Assembly: GCF_006345805.1 (NCBI RefSeq)
Contig: NC_042998.1
Span: forward strand, 56,296,001-56,360,000
Direction: 5' to 3'
DNA from: Octopus sinensis
Taxonomy: Eukaryota
DNA: 64,000 nucleotides
A program made the position numbers and the translations under genes. Shown here piece after piece: positions 40,475 through 52,194 of this stretch. Position 1 is the stretch's first letter; each line of letters begins with the position of its first letter. Under the pieces are notes generated by a model, which had not been told where the DNA came from, ran no database searches, and was given only the letters and a program-made list of their open reading frames with translations.

Positions 40475-40962
40475 ATACATATGTGTGTGTATGTATATAT
40501 ATAAACATGTATATGTGTGCATATGCATGTAAAGGTATGAATATGTATGTATGTATATATGTATGTATGTATGTATTTATATATGTATGTATACCTCTCT
40601 GTGTGTATATAAGCTTGTATACTGAGTTCCAAAGAACCAGATTGTCTAAGATAACATCAATGAAATCATTGATGTTGTAAAACATTTAATGGAGTTTGGA
40701 ATGAATTCGTTCCATGCAAATCATCTTTCGATAAGGAAATTCAACCAAATTACTTAAATTGAAAGTATCATTGAATAATATTTTACAGTTACGCACATAT
40801 ATATAAATATAGCTATAGAAGTGTGGTTAAGAGGTTCACTTTGCAACTTTGTGGTTCCTGGTTCTAGTCCTTTGTGCAGTGTTCTCTATTGTAGAGAATA
40901 ATGCCTCGTGAATAGAATAAGGAAACTGTCGAAGACACACATGCGCGCGCGCATACATACAC

Positions 40963-41014
<52 letters not shown>

Positions 41015-41061
41015 ATACATGTGTATGTATATGTAAATGTTAATGTTTGTTTTAATGTTAA

Positions 41062-42110
41062 ACTAGCATTATGACCCGTCGTTGCCGGGTCATAGTGCTA
41101 GTGCATGTATATATGTGTATATATATGTGTACATATTACATGTACAGCTATATATATACATCTACACATAAAATACAAAATACAAAGTTATATCTTGATA
41201 TCGCTAGTGATAACAATACTCAAAATATATAACAGACTGGAATTGTTAGACCGTCTCTTGCAATTTCGATCAATTATATCTTGTCCTCCCTCTTGTATAG
41301 AAGTGTGGCTACAATCCAGCCTACCTCTACTTCGGGGGGGGGGGTGCATTTTAAATTTTTATTCGGGACGTCCTACATCCCAGATATAAAGGTAAAAATA
41401 AAATATTTCCACTTTGCAAGTTCGAGTCGAGTACTCCCTTACAGGCTCCGTTGACTCGAACCTTGCTTCTACTGTGGCGAATTTACCGCCTCTGGTTAGA
41501 TATCTTTCATAGTCGCACCAAGACACTTTTCGAAGGTGCTTTCCTCCAGGTGTTCAAATCTTCTTTTTCCTCTACATTGTATACTTTATACACAATAGTC
41601 TTTTCTTTAATTTAATTTTTTATTATCCATCTGGGTTATTCTATTTCTGCACACTAATTTTATTTTTAATTTATTCCCATTCATGTGAAACCACTTATTC
41701 AAGTTCAAGTCATTGATGCAATTTTATACCAATTGCTATTTTTACTTTTGTTATGTTACGATTTAATTATTATATTATACTTTAGTTTGGTTTTAATTAT
41801 TACTTACTACATATAACTCAGTTGTTATTATTATCTCTAATTTTTATTGTTAAAGTGAAATATCTGACATAAAATAGAGAAATGTTTTTGTTTCATTTTT
41901 AACACATAATACTGAAATAGTGGAGAAGATATGATATTGCTATGGGCTCGCCCTAGGCAAAAAGTTGAACTTTTTTTGCCGATGACACTCCCCAGACCCT
42001 AAGTAAGGCATGTGTAAAATTTGAATGAAATTGGTTGTGTAGTTCTCAAGTTTTAGGGAAACACACAGACAGACAGACAGACACACACACATTCTCAATT
42101 ATATATATAT
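41062..42110 (+). mobile_element. non-autonomous Helitron/Helentron-like element
   Basis: Starts ACTAG with a 17-bp hairpin (41062-41078/41086-41102); ends AAAATTTGAATGAAATTGG..TAGTT..(CAGA)n..ATTATATATAT, an architecture like insect DINE/Lep1 elements. Confidence 0.55.
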
Positions 42111-42387
42111 AAAGATAGATTATAATAAAAGCAATTTTACGTTAAACTTAAGAATTGTTCAAAACTTCTTGTGTAGTGCATATTTAAAATACTTTTACAA
42201 GATAGCGCTTTCGAAGTTCCAGCCTGCTAGCCTTCATCGTATTGTCCGAAGTATAATTAATATGTATGTGTTTATGCATGTATGTATACCTATAACTATG
42301 TATATGCTATCATACATACACGCATACATATATATGTATATGTCATGTATACACACACATATACGTATATGGATATATGTATATGTG

Positions 42388-42428
<41 letters not shown>

Positions 42429-42431
<3 letters not shown>

Positions 42432-43512
42432 AATAAAATAGATATATGCATATATATAAACATATATGTACGTACCTACCTCTACATGTACATATACACG
42501 CATATATGTGTACAGGACACCAAAAAGACGTCGAACACATAGGAGGACGAAACACATAGACACAAACCAAGGAACAAGACAGCAAAAAAAAAAGGAGAGA
42601 TACAGGACAATAAGCAACGAAAAATCCACTTCTTCAGTCGCTAAGATTCATCTATCTACTAAACGTTCGAAGGATAAAAGCGAGACGTATACTTCGAAGA
42701 AAAATTCCTTCCCGTGAAAAGCAAATCATTAAAATTCTGAGATCTTTTCGCAGAGGGGTAAAAAAAAGCAAGACGGTAACGACAGTACAACATATAAACA
42801 GTAAAAAATATATATATAAACAGTGGAAAAATAAATATATAACAGTGGAGACAAGACAAGGAGAACAAGATAAGAAGGGCTGTTAACGCCAGACGAAAAA
42901 AGTATTGTAAACGCTGGATTATCGTGGAGACACAGAGAGGGAAATTTTGTCAACCAGAACCTTGCAAGGCGGGCGAGAAAGGACAGGATAGCAGTTACGA
43001 CGGAAGTATCGTCGCAGATGGATTGACGGGAAAGGGGGAGGAGGAGCAAGAGGAGAGAGAGAAGAAGGGGAATGGTGCGAGGAGACCATGAAGAAGGTGA
43101 AAAGGGAGAGAGAGAATGAAGAATGAGAGATGAGAGAGAGAAAGAGACAAGTTAAGTGAGGGAAAAAAAGACGAAAAGGGGAATGGGAGAGAGAAGAAAG
43201 AAAGAGCAGAGTCGCGTGAGAGTTAATATCAAGGCTAACTGATAAACAGAACATCTTATAGAGGGTGCGTGCGTTTAATCGTATAATATGTTAATAAAAT
43301 AGAATATATGCATATAATAAACATTATGTACGTACCTACCTCTACATGTACATATACACGCATATATGTTACAGGACACCAAAAAGACGTCGAGTCGAAC
43401 ACATTAGAGAGACGAAACACATAGACACAAACCAAGGAACAAGACAAGCAAAAAAAAAAGGGAGAGATACAGGACATAAGCCACAACGAAAAATCCCCTT
43501 CTTCAGTCGCTA
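42429..43512 (-). mobile_element. non-coding element with ~215-bp terminal direct repeats (PLE-terminal-repeat-like)
   Basis: 42429-42643 is similar to 43290-43512; flanked by (TA)n. Confidence 0.5.
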
Positions 43513-43765
43513 TATACATATATATATAACATATATATATATATATACACACATATATATATATATATATATACATATATATACACACATATATATATAT
43601 ATACACACATATATAATATATTATATACATATATATATACATACATATGTATATATAAACACACACACACACACATATATAGATATATAGTAGGAAGGAC
43701 TGTTTAGTGTTCTTGTATTTTAAAGCTGTTAGTGTGTGAGGTCGAGACGACTTGACTTCTTTTTC

Positions 43766-43964
43766 CTGCAAACTATATTTAACAAAAACATCTTTAAATG
43801 ACGGTCTGACCGTCTGCCAAGTAAATGGAAAGCATTAATTGAAGTAGATGGTGAATATTCTCCGGAATAATCATTTAAATATGTTCTTGTTACATGTTGC
43901 TATTGTTTTTGTTGAATAAAATTTGTTGAAAAGCAAACCGCAATAATTATGCACCAACCCAATA
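43766..43964 (+). mobile_element. mariner transposase 3' end and right TIR
   Basis: [21 protein letters not shown]-terminus, then a mariner-like TIR ...TTATGCACCAACCCAATA. Confidence 0.75.
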
Positions 43965-44638
43965 ACAAATATGTAGAGGCTCCGTAATTGGCACGCAGAT
44001 ACCATCATTTAATACTTTCGTTCAAAATTGATGGTATTATGATAATGTGGTGGTAATTTCTATCATCATGTATTTCAATGAAGCTTCCATGAAGCAATCT
44101 TCTGCTTCATTGAGATAATGAATAAATATTTTTATTAAATATTTACTAATTAAAAGATAGGCTGATACTCGTAGCATAGATAATGCATATATATATATAA
44201 ATAAAAATGCGTGGGGTGCAGAGAGTGAGAGAGCAGAAACATAAATTACGTCACAAGAATTTAGAAACTTCGAGAGACGTGGCACAGCTTTCAATTTTTT
44301 TCTATTTTAACCCAATATTTGCACGGTATTATTTATGGTTTTATCTACTTCGAGTTCCACCGTTAAATTCAAAAATTTAATTAGTTTTGACTAAAATATT
44401 TTTCATCTGCAGGTCAATTTGAGTTTATGCAATGGTGAAAGTAGTTGTTTTCACTCAAAGGGTTGTGGAGGTAGAGAACTATGCATTAAGCTGAACTGGT
44501 GATGTTTATGCTGTGGCGTGAGGATGTGTAAATAGTTTCATGCTGTTACGTTTCGACTTTCACGTGTTAAAAAATATTCCTGCTGTGAATTCGAAAAGAT
44601 CAAACCAAACCGCTGGCGAAAAGTCGAGGTGTAATGTC

Positions 44639-44858
44639 TACAAGGAGGTACTGAATAATTCCTGACTCAGGGTAAAAGAAATTACAGGAGGATCAGTTAA
44701 TTATGATTTTATTCAACATATTCCCCTCTCAGATTCACACACTTAATCTAGCGGTTCATCAGTTTTTCTAAGCCCTTTAAAAGAACTCGAAATGTTGGCC
44801 TCCAACCAGGCTTTTGGTGACGCCTTTAAAGCCGGGAACTTTTCAGCATCCCCTCGTA
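44639..44858. mobile_element. mariner-derived MITE (~220 bp)
   Basis: Degenerate ~30-bp TIRs TACAAGGAGGTACTGAATAATTCCTG / CGGGAACTTTTCAGCATCCCCTCGTA with TA ends. Confidence 0.65.
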
Positions 44859-44937
44859 CAAACAGAAGCTTCTTCTGCTACATAACGTGGTATTACTACT
44901 TTGATATAGTAGCTTGAAACCAATATCTATGCCCGAA

Positions 44938-45150
44938 AGGGCGACGAAATGGTAGAATCGTAAGCACGCCGGACGAAATGCTTAGCAATATTTCGCCTGC
45001 CATTACGTTCTGAATTCAAATTCCGCCGAGGTCGACTTTGCCTTTCATCCTTTCAGGGTCGATTAAATAATTACCAGTTATGCACTGGAGTCGATGTAAT
45101 CGACTTCATCCCTTTGTCTGTCTTTGTTTGTCCCTCCCCCCTATGTTTAG
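44938..45150 (+). mobile_element. SINE (major family)
   Basis: GTAGAATCGTAAGCACGCCGG, TTCAAATTCCGCCGAGGTCGACTTTGCCTTTCATCC. Confidence 0.85.
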
Positions 45151-46324
45151 CCCCAACACCACCACCACCACTTGAGCAATATATATCTACACCCGAAAGA
45201 TACCAAATTGGCTCGTCAGTTTGGGTTGTAGTTAAAACTAAAATATCCGCTACTATAAGAACACCTTCGCAGAGTAGAACTTCCTGAAAATAGACAGTTA
45301 CCCTGAGTGTGGATAGTAAATTTCTCGATTTCAAAACTATTAACGCTTTATGAAGAAAAAGAAAACAATAAACAAGAAAAAAACACGTTGCATGAATTTA
45401 TTCCCGACTGTAATTATTTTCCATTAATAAAAAAATTTCTTGCTTCGTTAAATGTTTAATTTATATTCCTCGGCTTGCACTACGTTGATGATTTCTAAAA
45501 AGAGTGCAATGGTGCTATACACGACTCCCTAAGACTAAGAAATTTAACACCGTTATAAGTAAGCAAACAAAAAGTTAAATATGTCTATTCTATGAATCTT
45601 CTCCCTTATTCCATACTTTCAAATTAAAACTTGTAATCCTGCCTAACTATCCGCTAGGGGAATACTTGCACTCAAATAAAGAAGCACAAAAATCAGGGAG
45701 GTACATTGATACAGGAATAAAAATACACACAGACGCATACATACACACACATATATATATATGGAAGCATGTGTACATACATACACACATACATATGCTT
45801 ATATGTATGTATATGTGTGTATATGTGTATAATACACCGTTATTCGTCTTTTTGTTTAAATATATGTCATGGGCCGCTCTGAGTTATTTCACTTTGATTA
45901 ATTTCGTTTAAATTACGCAGTCTAACTTGGCCATAAATGTGTTTCGCTCTTTTCTGTAGGTGTCTAAGCATCGAAGTGTCTAAGCTGAAGAGAAGATAGA
46001 ACAAATTATGTGCCCGACTCCTAGTGAAGCAGAGACACTTGCTACAGCTGCCCTGCTGTCTCCAGATAATCAGACTGTTTTTTTCTTAACAGCATATCAA
46101 TTTGGAGGAACTCTTGAGACATAAGATTATATCCCTTTCTCATCTGGCGTTGATTCCAATTACCACCAGGCGATTGTAGCATCGTCTCTAAAAGTGGAGA
46201 CGATTTCAGTAAATCAAGAAGTCATCCCATATGTTATTTAATATATATTTATTCGTAGTTGCTGTTCATACGCATACACTCACACACTCACACACAATTG
46301 CATGCACACAAACACACGCACACA

Positions 46325-46540
46325 CACATACATACATACATACATACATACATACATACATACATACATGCATACACACACATACATACATACATACATA
46401 CATACATACATACATACATAATACATACATACATACATACATACATAATACATACTTACATACATACATAATACATACATACATACATACATACATACAT
46501 ACATACATACATACATACATACATACATACATACATACAT
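46325..46540. repeat. (CATA)n microsatellite
   Basis: Directly visible. Confidence 0.95.
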
Positions 46541-47096
46541 GATTAGTACATTTGGTTTTGTAAGTAAATACCTAATTGTCAGTCTGGATAAGCCTGCATT
46601 TTCAGAAAAAAATTCATCCAACTGACTCGCACATTACAAATATAATCTGTAAGCGGAACAGTAAAACTATGCAAGACTTTTCTCAGGTATAAAATGTGAT
46701 ATTGTTTTCGTTATCTACTATCCAATGATGGAGCTTTGTAGCTTTGTTAGAAATCAGCTCCTCTTTGCACAACCATTTCCTCTCCCTCGCTTTTTGCCTT
46801 TCTCTCTACTCTTCACTACCCATTTTCTCTATTTCCTTCCCTTTTCGATACCACGTGACCATCCCGTTTCTTTTTTCACCAGTCCTTTCCCTGCTTGATC
46901 GCTGACCAGTTCAGTCATGCTCTCTTGGGCTCTCGCCTTAACATTCACTTTCCGCTCCTGGTTCGTCTTATTTTTCCACCTTTCATCCATCTTCCTATCT
47001 ATTTCTTCCATCCTTTCACCTTTCTATCCCCCTACTTTCCTTTTCTGTATATATCTTGTCTTATGCAGTCTCATACCCGAAAGGCCTTTACAGATA

Positions 47097-47140
<44 letters not shown>

Positions 47141-47413
47141 AACTAGCTATTTTGTTTCCCTTTATGCCTTGTCCTTATCCTACCGTCGTTCATCGCTTGT
47201 TTATATATTCGTCACAGTTCTCCGCGTCTTTTCCCTTATCCCAGCAACGTTTGCTGTCGGCACTACCAAAATGAACAATCTTATCGATACTGGCGCGAAA
47301 TTGTGATGAGTTTTGATTGATAATTGATGAGGGATGAGCATGTCGAATTCTTGTGTGCGACTTTTCCACGTGTTCCTTTGTTGCCCCCCCCTCGTGTGAT
47401 TATTTGCTCTTAT

Positions 47414-47476
<63 letters not shown>

Positions 47477-47481
<5 letters not shown>

Positions 47482-48014
47482 ATATAGAGGGCATTATTAT
47501 ACATACATGCCACACGCTAAGAGGGACAAAATTAGTCATTTCCACCAAAAGTTTTACTAATCCAACCGAATGCAATTTTTCAAAGTAAGACATTTAAAAT
47601 ATGGACTTGTATCACCTGTGATTTCATACCTCTGTATTCATCAGCAAGTCTGGGCGTATCATAAATAAACGACCCTACATCGTCAAAGCCGGGCAGCCAA
47701 CTGATCAACATCAACGACGCACATGGGTTAGTTTACATATATTACATCCGGTAAATGGCAGACTTTTACGAATTGCATTTCGGGAAAGGAAAAGTTTTTT
47801 CGGAATAAAAATTTAGCAATTAAGGACAACTTCTTAATAAGGAAAACTTAACAAGAAATTATCGGGTAGATAGCGTGAAAAACCTCATAAGAGAAAAAAT
47901 TTCGAAAATAATTCTTTCTCATTTAACATATTAGTTTGTATATAGAGGGCATTATTATACATACATGCCACACGCTAAGAGGGACAAAATTAGTCATTTC
48001 CACCAAAAGTTTTA
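47477..48014 (-). mobile_element. retrozyme-like element: 458-bp unit with identical 80-bp terminal direct repeats and one hammerhead
   Basis: 47477-47556 equals 47935-48014; hammerhead at 47604-47650; (TA)n on both sides. Confidence 0.75.
47604..47650 (-). ncRNA. type I hammerhead ribozyme (intact)
   Basis: GACUUG CUGAUGA AUAC AGAG GUAU GAAA UCAC AG GUGA UA/ CAAGUC; all three stems pair; predicted cut between 47610 and 47609. Confidence 0.9.
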
Positions 48015-48032
48015 TATATATATATATATATA

Positions 48033-48116
<84 letters not shown>

Positions 48117-48118
<2 letters not shown>

Positions 48119-48460
48119 ACGACGTCTATACATTTCTAACCTTGAACTCTCAACCTTGAACTTGTTCGCATAAACTGTCCCGTTCGTTTTATTTTTATTT
48201 TCTCATATATTATCCCTTTTTTTTACATTCATTTCATGCCTCTGCACGCATTTTTTTCTCTCTCCTTCTTTCTGTGTTTTTTCTCTGTGTATCTTTCTGT
48301 TGAAGAGCGTAGGCCCGAAACGTTAAAGACTTGTTTTATTTATATTTCCTGAGCGCCATACTAATACAATTGTTTGTTTGTATTCCACCTGCCTTCGTCT
48401 TTTGTTTATTTCCGTAAACCTGCCTTCGTCTTTTGTCTATTTTCATAAAGCTTCCCGTTA
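48117..48460 (+). mobile_element. PLE-terminal-repeat-like segment between (TA)n tracts
   Basis: Pyrimidine-rich segment with a hammerhead-like motif and a ~30-bp internal direct repeat (ACCTGCCTTCGTCTTTTGT twice). Confidence 0.5.
48292..48329 (+). ncRNA. variant minimal hammerhead (A6U)
   Basis: TCTTT CTGTTGA A GAGC GTAG GCCC GAAA CG TT AAAGA; palindromic AACGTT stem III. Confidence 0.45.
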
Positions 48461-48465
48461 TATAT

Positions 48466-48500
<35 letters not shown>

Positions 48501-49024
48501 GAGAAATTCCGGTAAACACAACTTTAAAGCATTTGTTCCTACGTACGTTTCACCATTTTGTGATCAGAGACTTTTGCTCTCTACAACATAATGCAAAAAA
48601 GTGTTTCCCTGATGATATTTTGTGGTTAAGCATCCAATTGCAGTAGGATCATCCATTACAGACTTCCAAACAACCATAATGATATAAACCTGTGTTTATC
48701 GTAATTTCTCCTGCATTTGCTCTGCATATTATAACTAGTAATACAGCTAAGTGACGATGATAATTTACGCGGAGCTCTAAACACAAGAGTAACAGTCGTT
48801 CGATTATTTGCACATGCAAGGTATACTATACATACATACACGCGCGAGCGCACACACACACATATGCATATGTATGTATGTATATGTATGTATGCATACA
48901 CATATGCATATACATATATATATATATATATGTGCATATGTATATATGTATATATATGAATCTATCTATTTAGCTATCTATAGACCCATATATATATATA
49001 TATATACCTACATACATATATATA

Positions 49025-49060
<36 letters not shown>

Positions 49061-50196
49061 TACGTACATACATATAAATTGCGTTAACTTGCTTTCTTTT
49101 GCTTAAAATATTTACTTCCCACCCTGTTACACCTACAGCATCACGTTTACCAACACCATCATCATAACCAAGTTTAAAAGTACTAGCACCAGTTGATCCA
49201 CCGCCACCATAACCATCACAATCACCATGACCACCACCATTACCACCTAAATCCTCCTCCTTCTCCTCCTCAATATCATCATCAGTAATGCAATGATTTT
49301 CGTACGTCCGGATATAACTGTCAAAATCTATCATTATCAAAGCAATGATAGACTTATCCTTACAACATTTAACATTATTAGTGTTCATAATAATTTCGTA
49401 CATTATCTTCCTTTTGCATCTAGGACATTCTGTTTCGTACCCTACTCCTACTCCTCATTTTTTTTTTTCGTTTTCGTCCTATTATAATATTGTCAGACTA
49501 ATCATATGAGACATGGACAATAATATTTGGTGAAAAACATTCTTGAAAAGGTAACATAAAATCAAATTAAGTATCTAAATAAAAATAGATATAAAAACCA
49601 CGAAACCTAAATTATTCACATAAAAATATGCTCGCTTTTTAACTGTATGGGTATTGAACACATCTGCGTCATCAAATATTCGAAGGTATCTGATGACGTG
49701 GACGTGTTCTATGCTCACGAAACTTTAAATAATCTGGAGCTGATACAAAATACATTATAACTCCAACTAAAAGTGCTGAATGCTAACTCTTTCGTTTGTT
49801 ACCCACTCGTGTGTGTGTGTCTATCTGTCAGTATCTCTGTATTTAATATTGTATTTATATATGCATCTGTCTGTGTCTCTGTATTCATATGTGCATGTAT
49901 GACACAGTTTACATTACTGGAATTGAGAAAACTGTTGAAATTTTGTCAACCAGTGTACGAAAAATGAATAAAATTTCTTTTGAAAGTTTCATGTGTATGC
50001 CCTGAGTTATATTCACCTAGATGTATTTTCAGTCCATTCTGTTAACATTACACGCACACATACACACACACACACACACACACATACACACACACACACA
50101 CACTTATATATATGGGTGTGGAGAGAGAGAGAGAAAGAGAGAGAAAGAATCAAAGAGAGAGAAACAGTTTGATTTAAATCTCTGAGCGAGAGATAT

Positions 50197-50338
50197 ACCG
50201 TAACAGTACCGAATAGTAATGTTTATATGCCAACAGAATGTGGCAGTCCTATAAAGGAAGATGTTACTGTTGTTTTAGCCCCCATGAAAACATCTTTTCC
50301 AGATAGCTATCGACACACAGTTTGTGTCTGTATAGCAT
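50197..50338. mobile_element. partial copy of the 40292-40474 MITE-like element
   Basis: GTAACAGTACC..GCCAACAGAATGTGG..ATAAAGGA..GCCCCATGAAAACATCTTTT shared; cut off at the Tx1 fragment. Confidence 0.55.
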
Positions 50339-51303
50339 TTGCAATGGAGGTCCGGCTGACTGCACTTCCGTGCCTGTAGAGTTTATCTCGAACAGGCAGT
50401 GCTCCGCGGTAACACTGCCTGGCCATATCATTCTCGTCAACATCCAGGGTCTCCCCCGAAAACGTCGTCACACTTACCCTCCACTAACCCTCTATAGAAC
50501 ACCTGAGCGGAACTTCCACCGACTGCATTGTCCAACTGGCAGAGGAATGTGAGCGCCTGACGATACTCTAGGTACCAGGCGCCCTGCCTCGGTGTACGTT
50601 TGATCCAGCACTGCAACCTAGTCAAAAAGACGAGTTATGGGGAATAGGGCCTGACAAATGACGATCACACCTGCTCACCGCTTAGGAAATGTTGGAGATA
50701 TCGCAGCCTCAGCGCATTTCTGCGCATCAATAGCCACGGCATACCTAGCTATCCATTTAGCAGGTGTTGACAGTAGACAGAGCGCCTGACCAGTAGAACG
50801 CGTTCCTTCCACAGAAAGCAGAAGAGTAGGCGCTCCAGTTTAGTTAGACTAGAACCAGGATAGGCCATGACTCTGAAGCGATAGTAGATAACGGATGCCA
50901 CCTCTGCCCGATCTTTCAGAGATAGCTTTATCTTGACCCATTTCTTGGTGAGATTGACCATCCTGCTCGCCACTTCGTCCCAGTTCTCCGCCTGGAGGTC
51001 TGGACCGAACCAGACCCCGAGCAATTTAACCAGTCCTTCAGTCCATCCTCCCACGACGTGGTTGGAAGGTATGGACCTGCCTCTCCATGTGCCAAGTTGC
51101 AGGCCCACAAACTTCTGGTTAATTTTTGCTTCTGTCATTGCCTCGTAATCTTCTAGAACGATGCCGACCAGGTCTATTTGCCTGGTGTCCGGTATTATGA
51201 CGTCGATGTCGTCCGCGTATGCCAACACGGTTCTCCTACGTGCTAGTTCTCGCGGGATACTTCTCAACGCCTCCAATGTCCGCAGCAGTGGCTCTAGAGC
51301 CAT
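50339..51303 (-). pseudogene. Tx1/L1-clade RT 3' fragment
   Basis: LEPLLR, AYADD, EAKIN, KLLGVWFG, LSLKDRAEV, FCFLWK motifs; truncated at both ends. Confidence 0.8.
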
Positions 51304-51333
51304 ATTGAAACGATATGGAATTCGCTAACAATA

Positions 51334-51982
51334 TTCCATAATGTTTCGGTATCGCACATTGTTAGCGAATGCCCGAAACTGGCATAACACGATTACAAAG
51401 ACGACATGACAATGTGGCAAGAATGACCCATTGGGAGCTCTGTGAAAATCACGGTCTACAAAGAGCAAAGACGTGTTATGAGCAAGTCTCAGAAGGAGGT
51501 ACCGAGAATGAAGACTACAAAATTCTGTGGAATGCAATGATTCAATGTGACCATCAGATTGGATCTCTGAAATCTGACATTGTTGTGGTGAACGAAAAAG
51601 AAAAAGAAACTTACATGATAATCGATATAGCATATCTCGGTGACTACAGGATCAAAGAGAAAAAAAGAAAGACTGAACATCTATGGCAATCTGAAGTGGG
51701 AAATACGCAGGTTGTGGTCAATGAAGAGAGTGGACGAGATGCCAGTGGTAATTGGCGCGCTCGGAACTACTAGCACTTAACTATTAACATGACTCAAAAA
51801 GATTGAAGCAAATCTAAAAATAGAACACCTACAAAAAAATCAGCATTTCTTGGAACTGCAATAGCTTTCCGCGGGTTTCTTGAAGTATGACCAATAAACA
51901 AGTGTCACCTTAGACTGTTGACTGTGAACAGCTGACACTTTCCATCATACCCATCAAAATAAGCTAAGAGTTTTAATCAAAT
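51334..51982 (+). mobile_element. 5'-truncated Dong fragment, family E
   Basis: HIVSECPKLA, RHDNVAR..HWELC, KILW, KSDIVVVN..IDIA; (AAT)n tail; 5' end abuts the Tx1 fragment. Confidence 0.8.
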
Positions 51983-51983
51983 G

Positions 51984-52033
<50 letters not shown>

Positions 52034-52035
<2 letters not shown>

Positions 52036-52149
52036 ACACTTTCGATACAGTAACCATCAGAGCATCACAACAAAATACAGCACATACCCAAGGCACACAG
52101 AGCTGCGCTCGGTAGTGAAGTGAAAGCACGATATAAAAAAAACCCACTG
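52034..52149 (+). mobile_element. Dong family A 3'-UTR-only insertion (~116 bp)
   Basis: Matches 6269-6387; (AAT)n on both sides. Confidence 0.85.
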
Positions 52150-52163
52150 AATAATAATAAGAA

Positions 52164-52194
<31 letters not shown>

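Noticed and set aside
43495-43512. CTGAAGA (minus) as a complete hammerhead
   Set aside because: No GAAA/UH downstream in either repeat copy.
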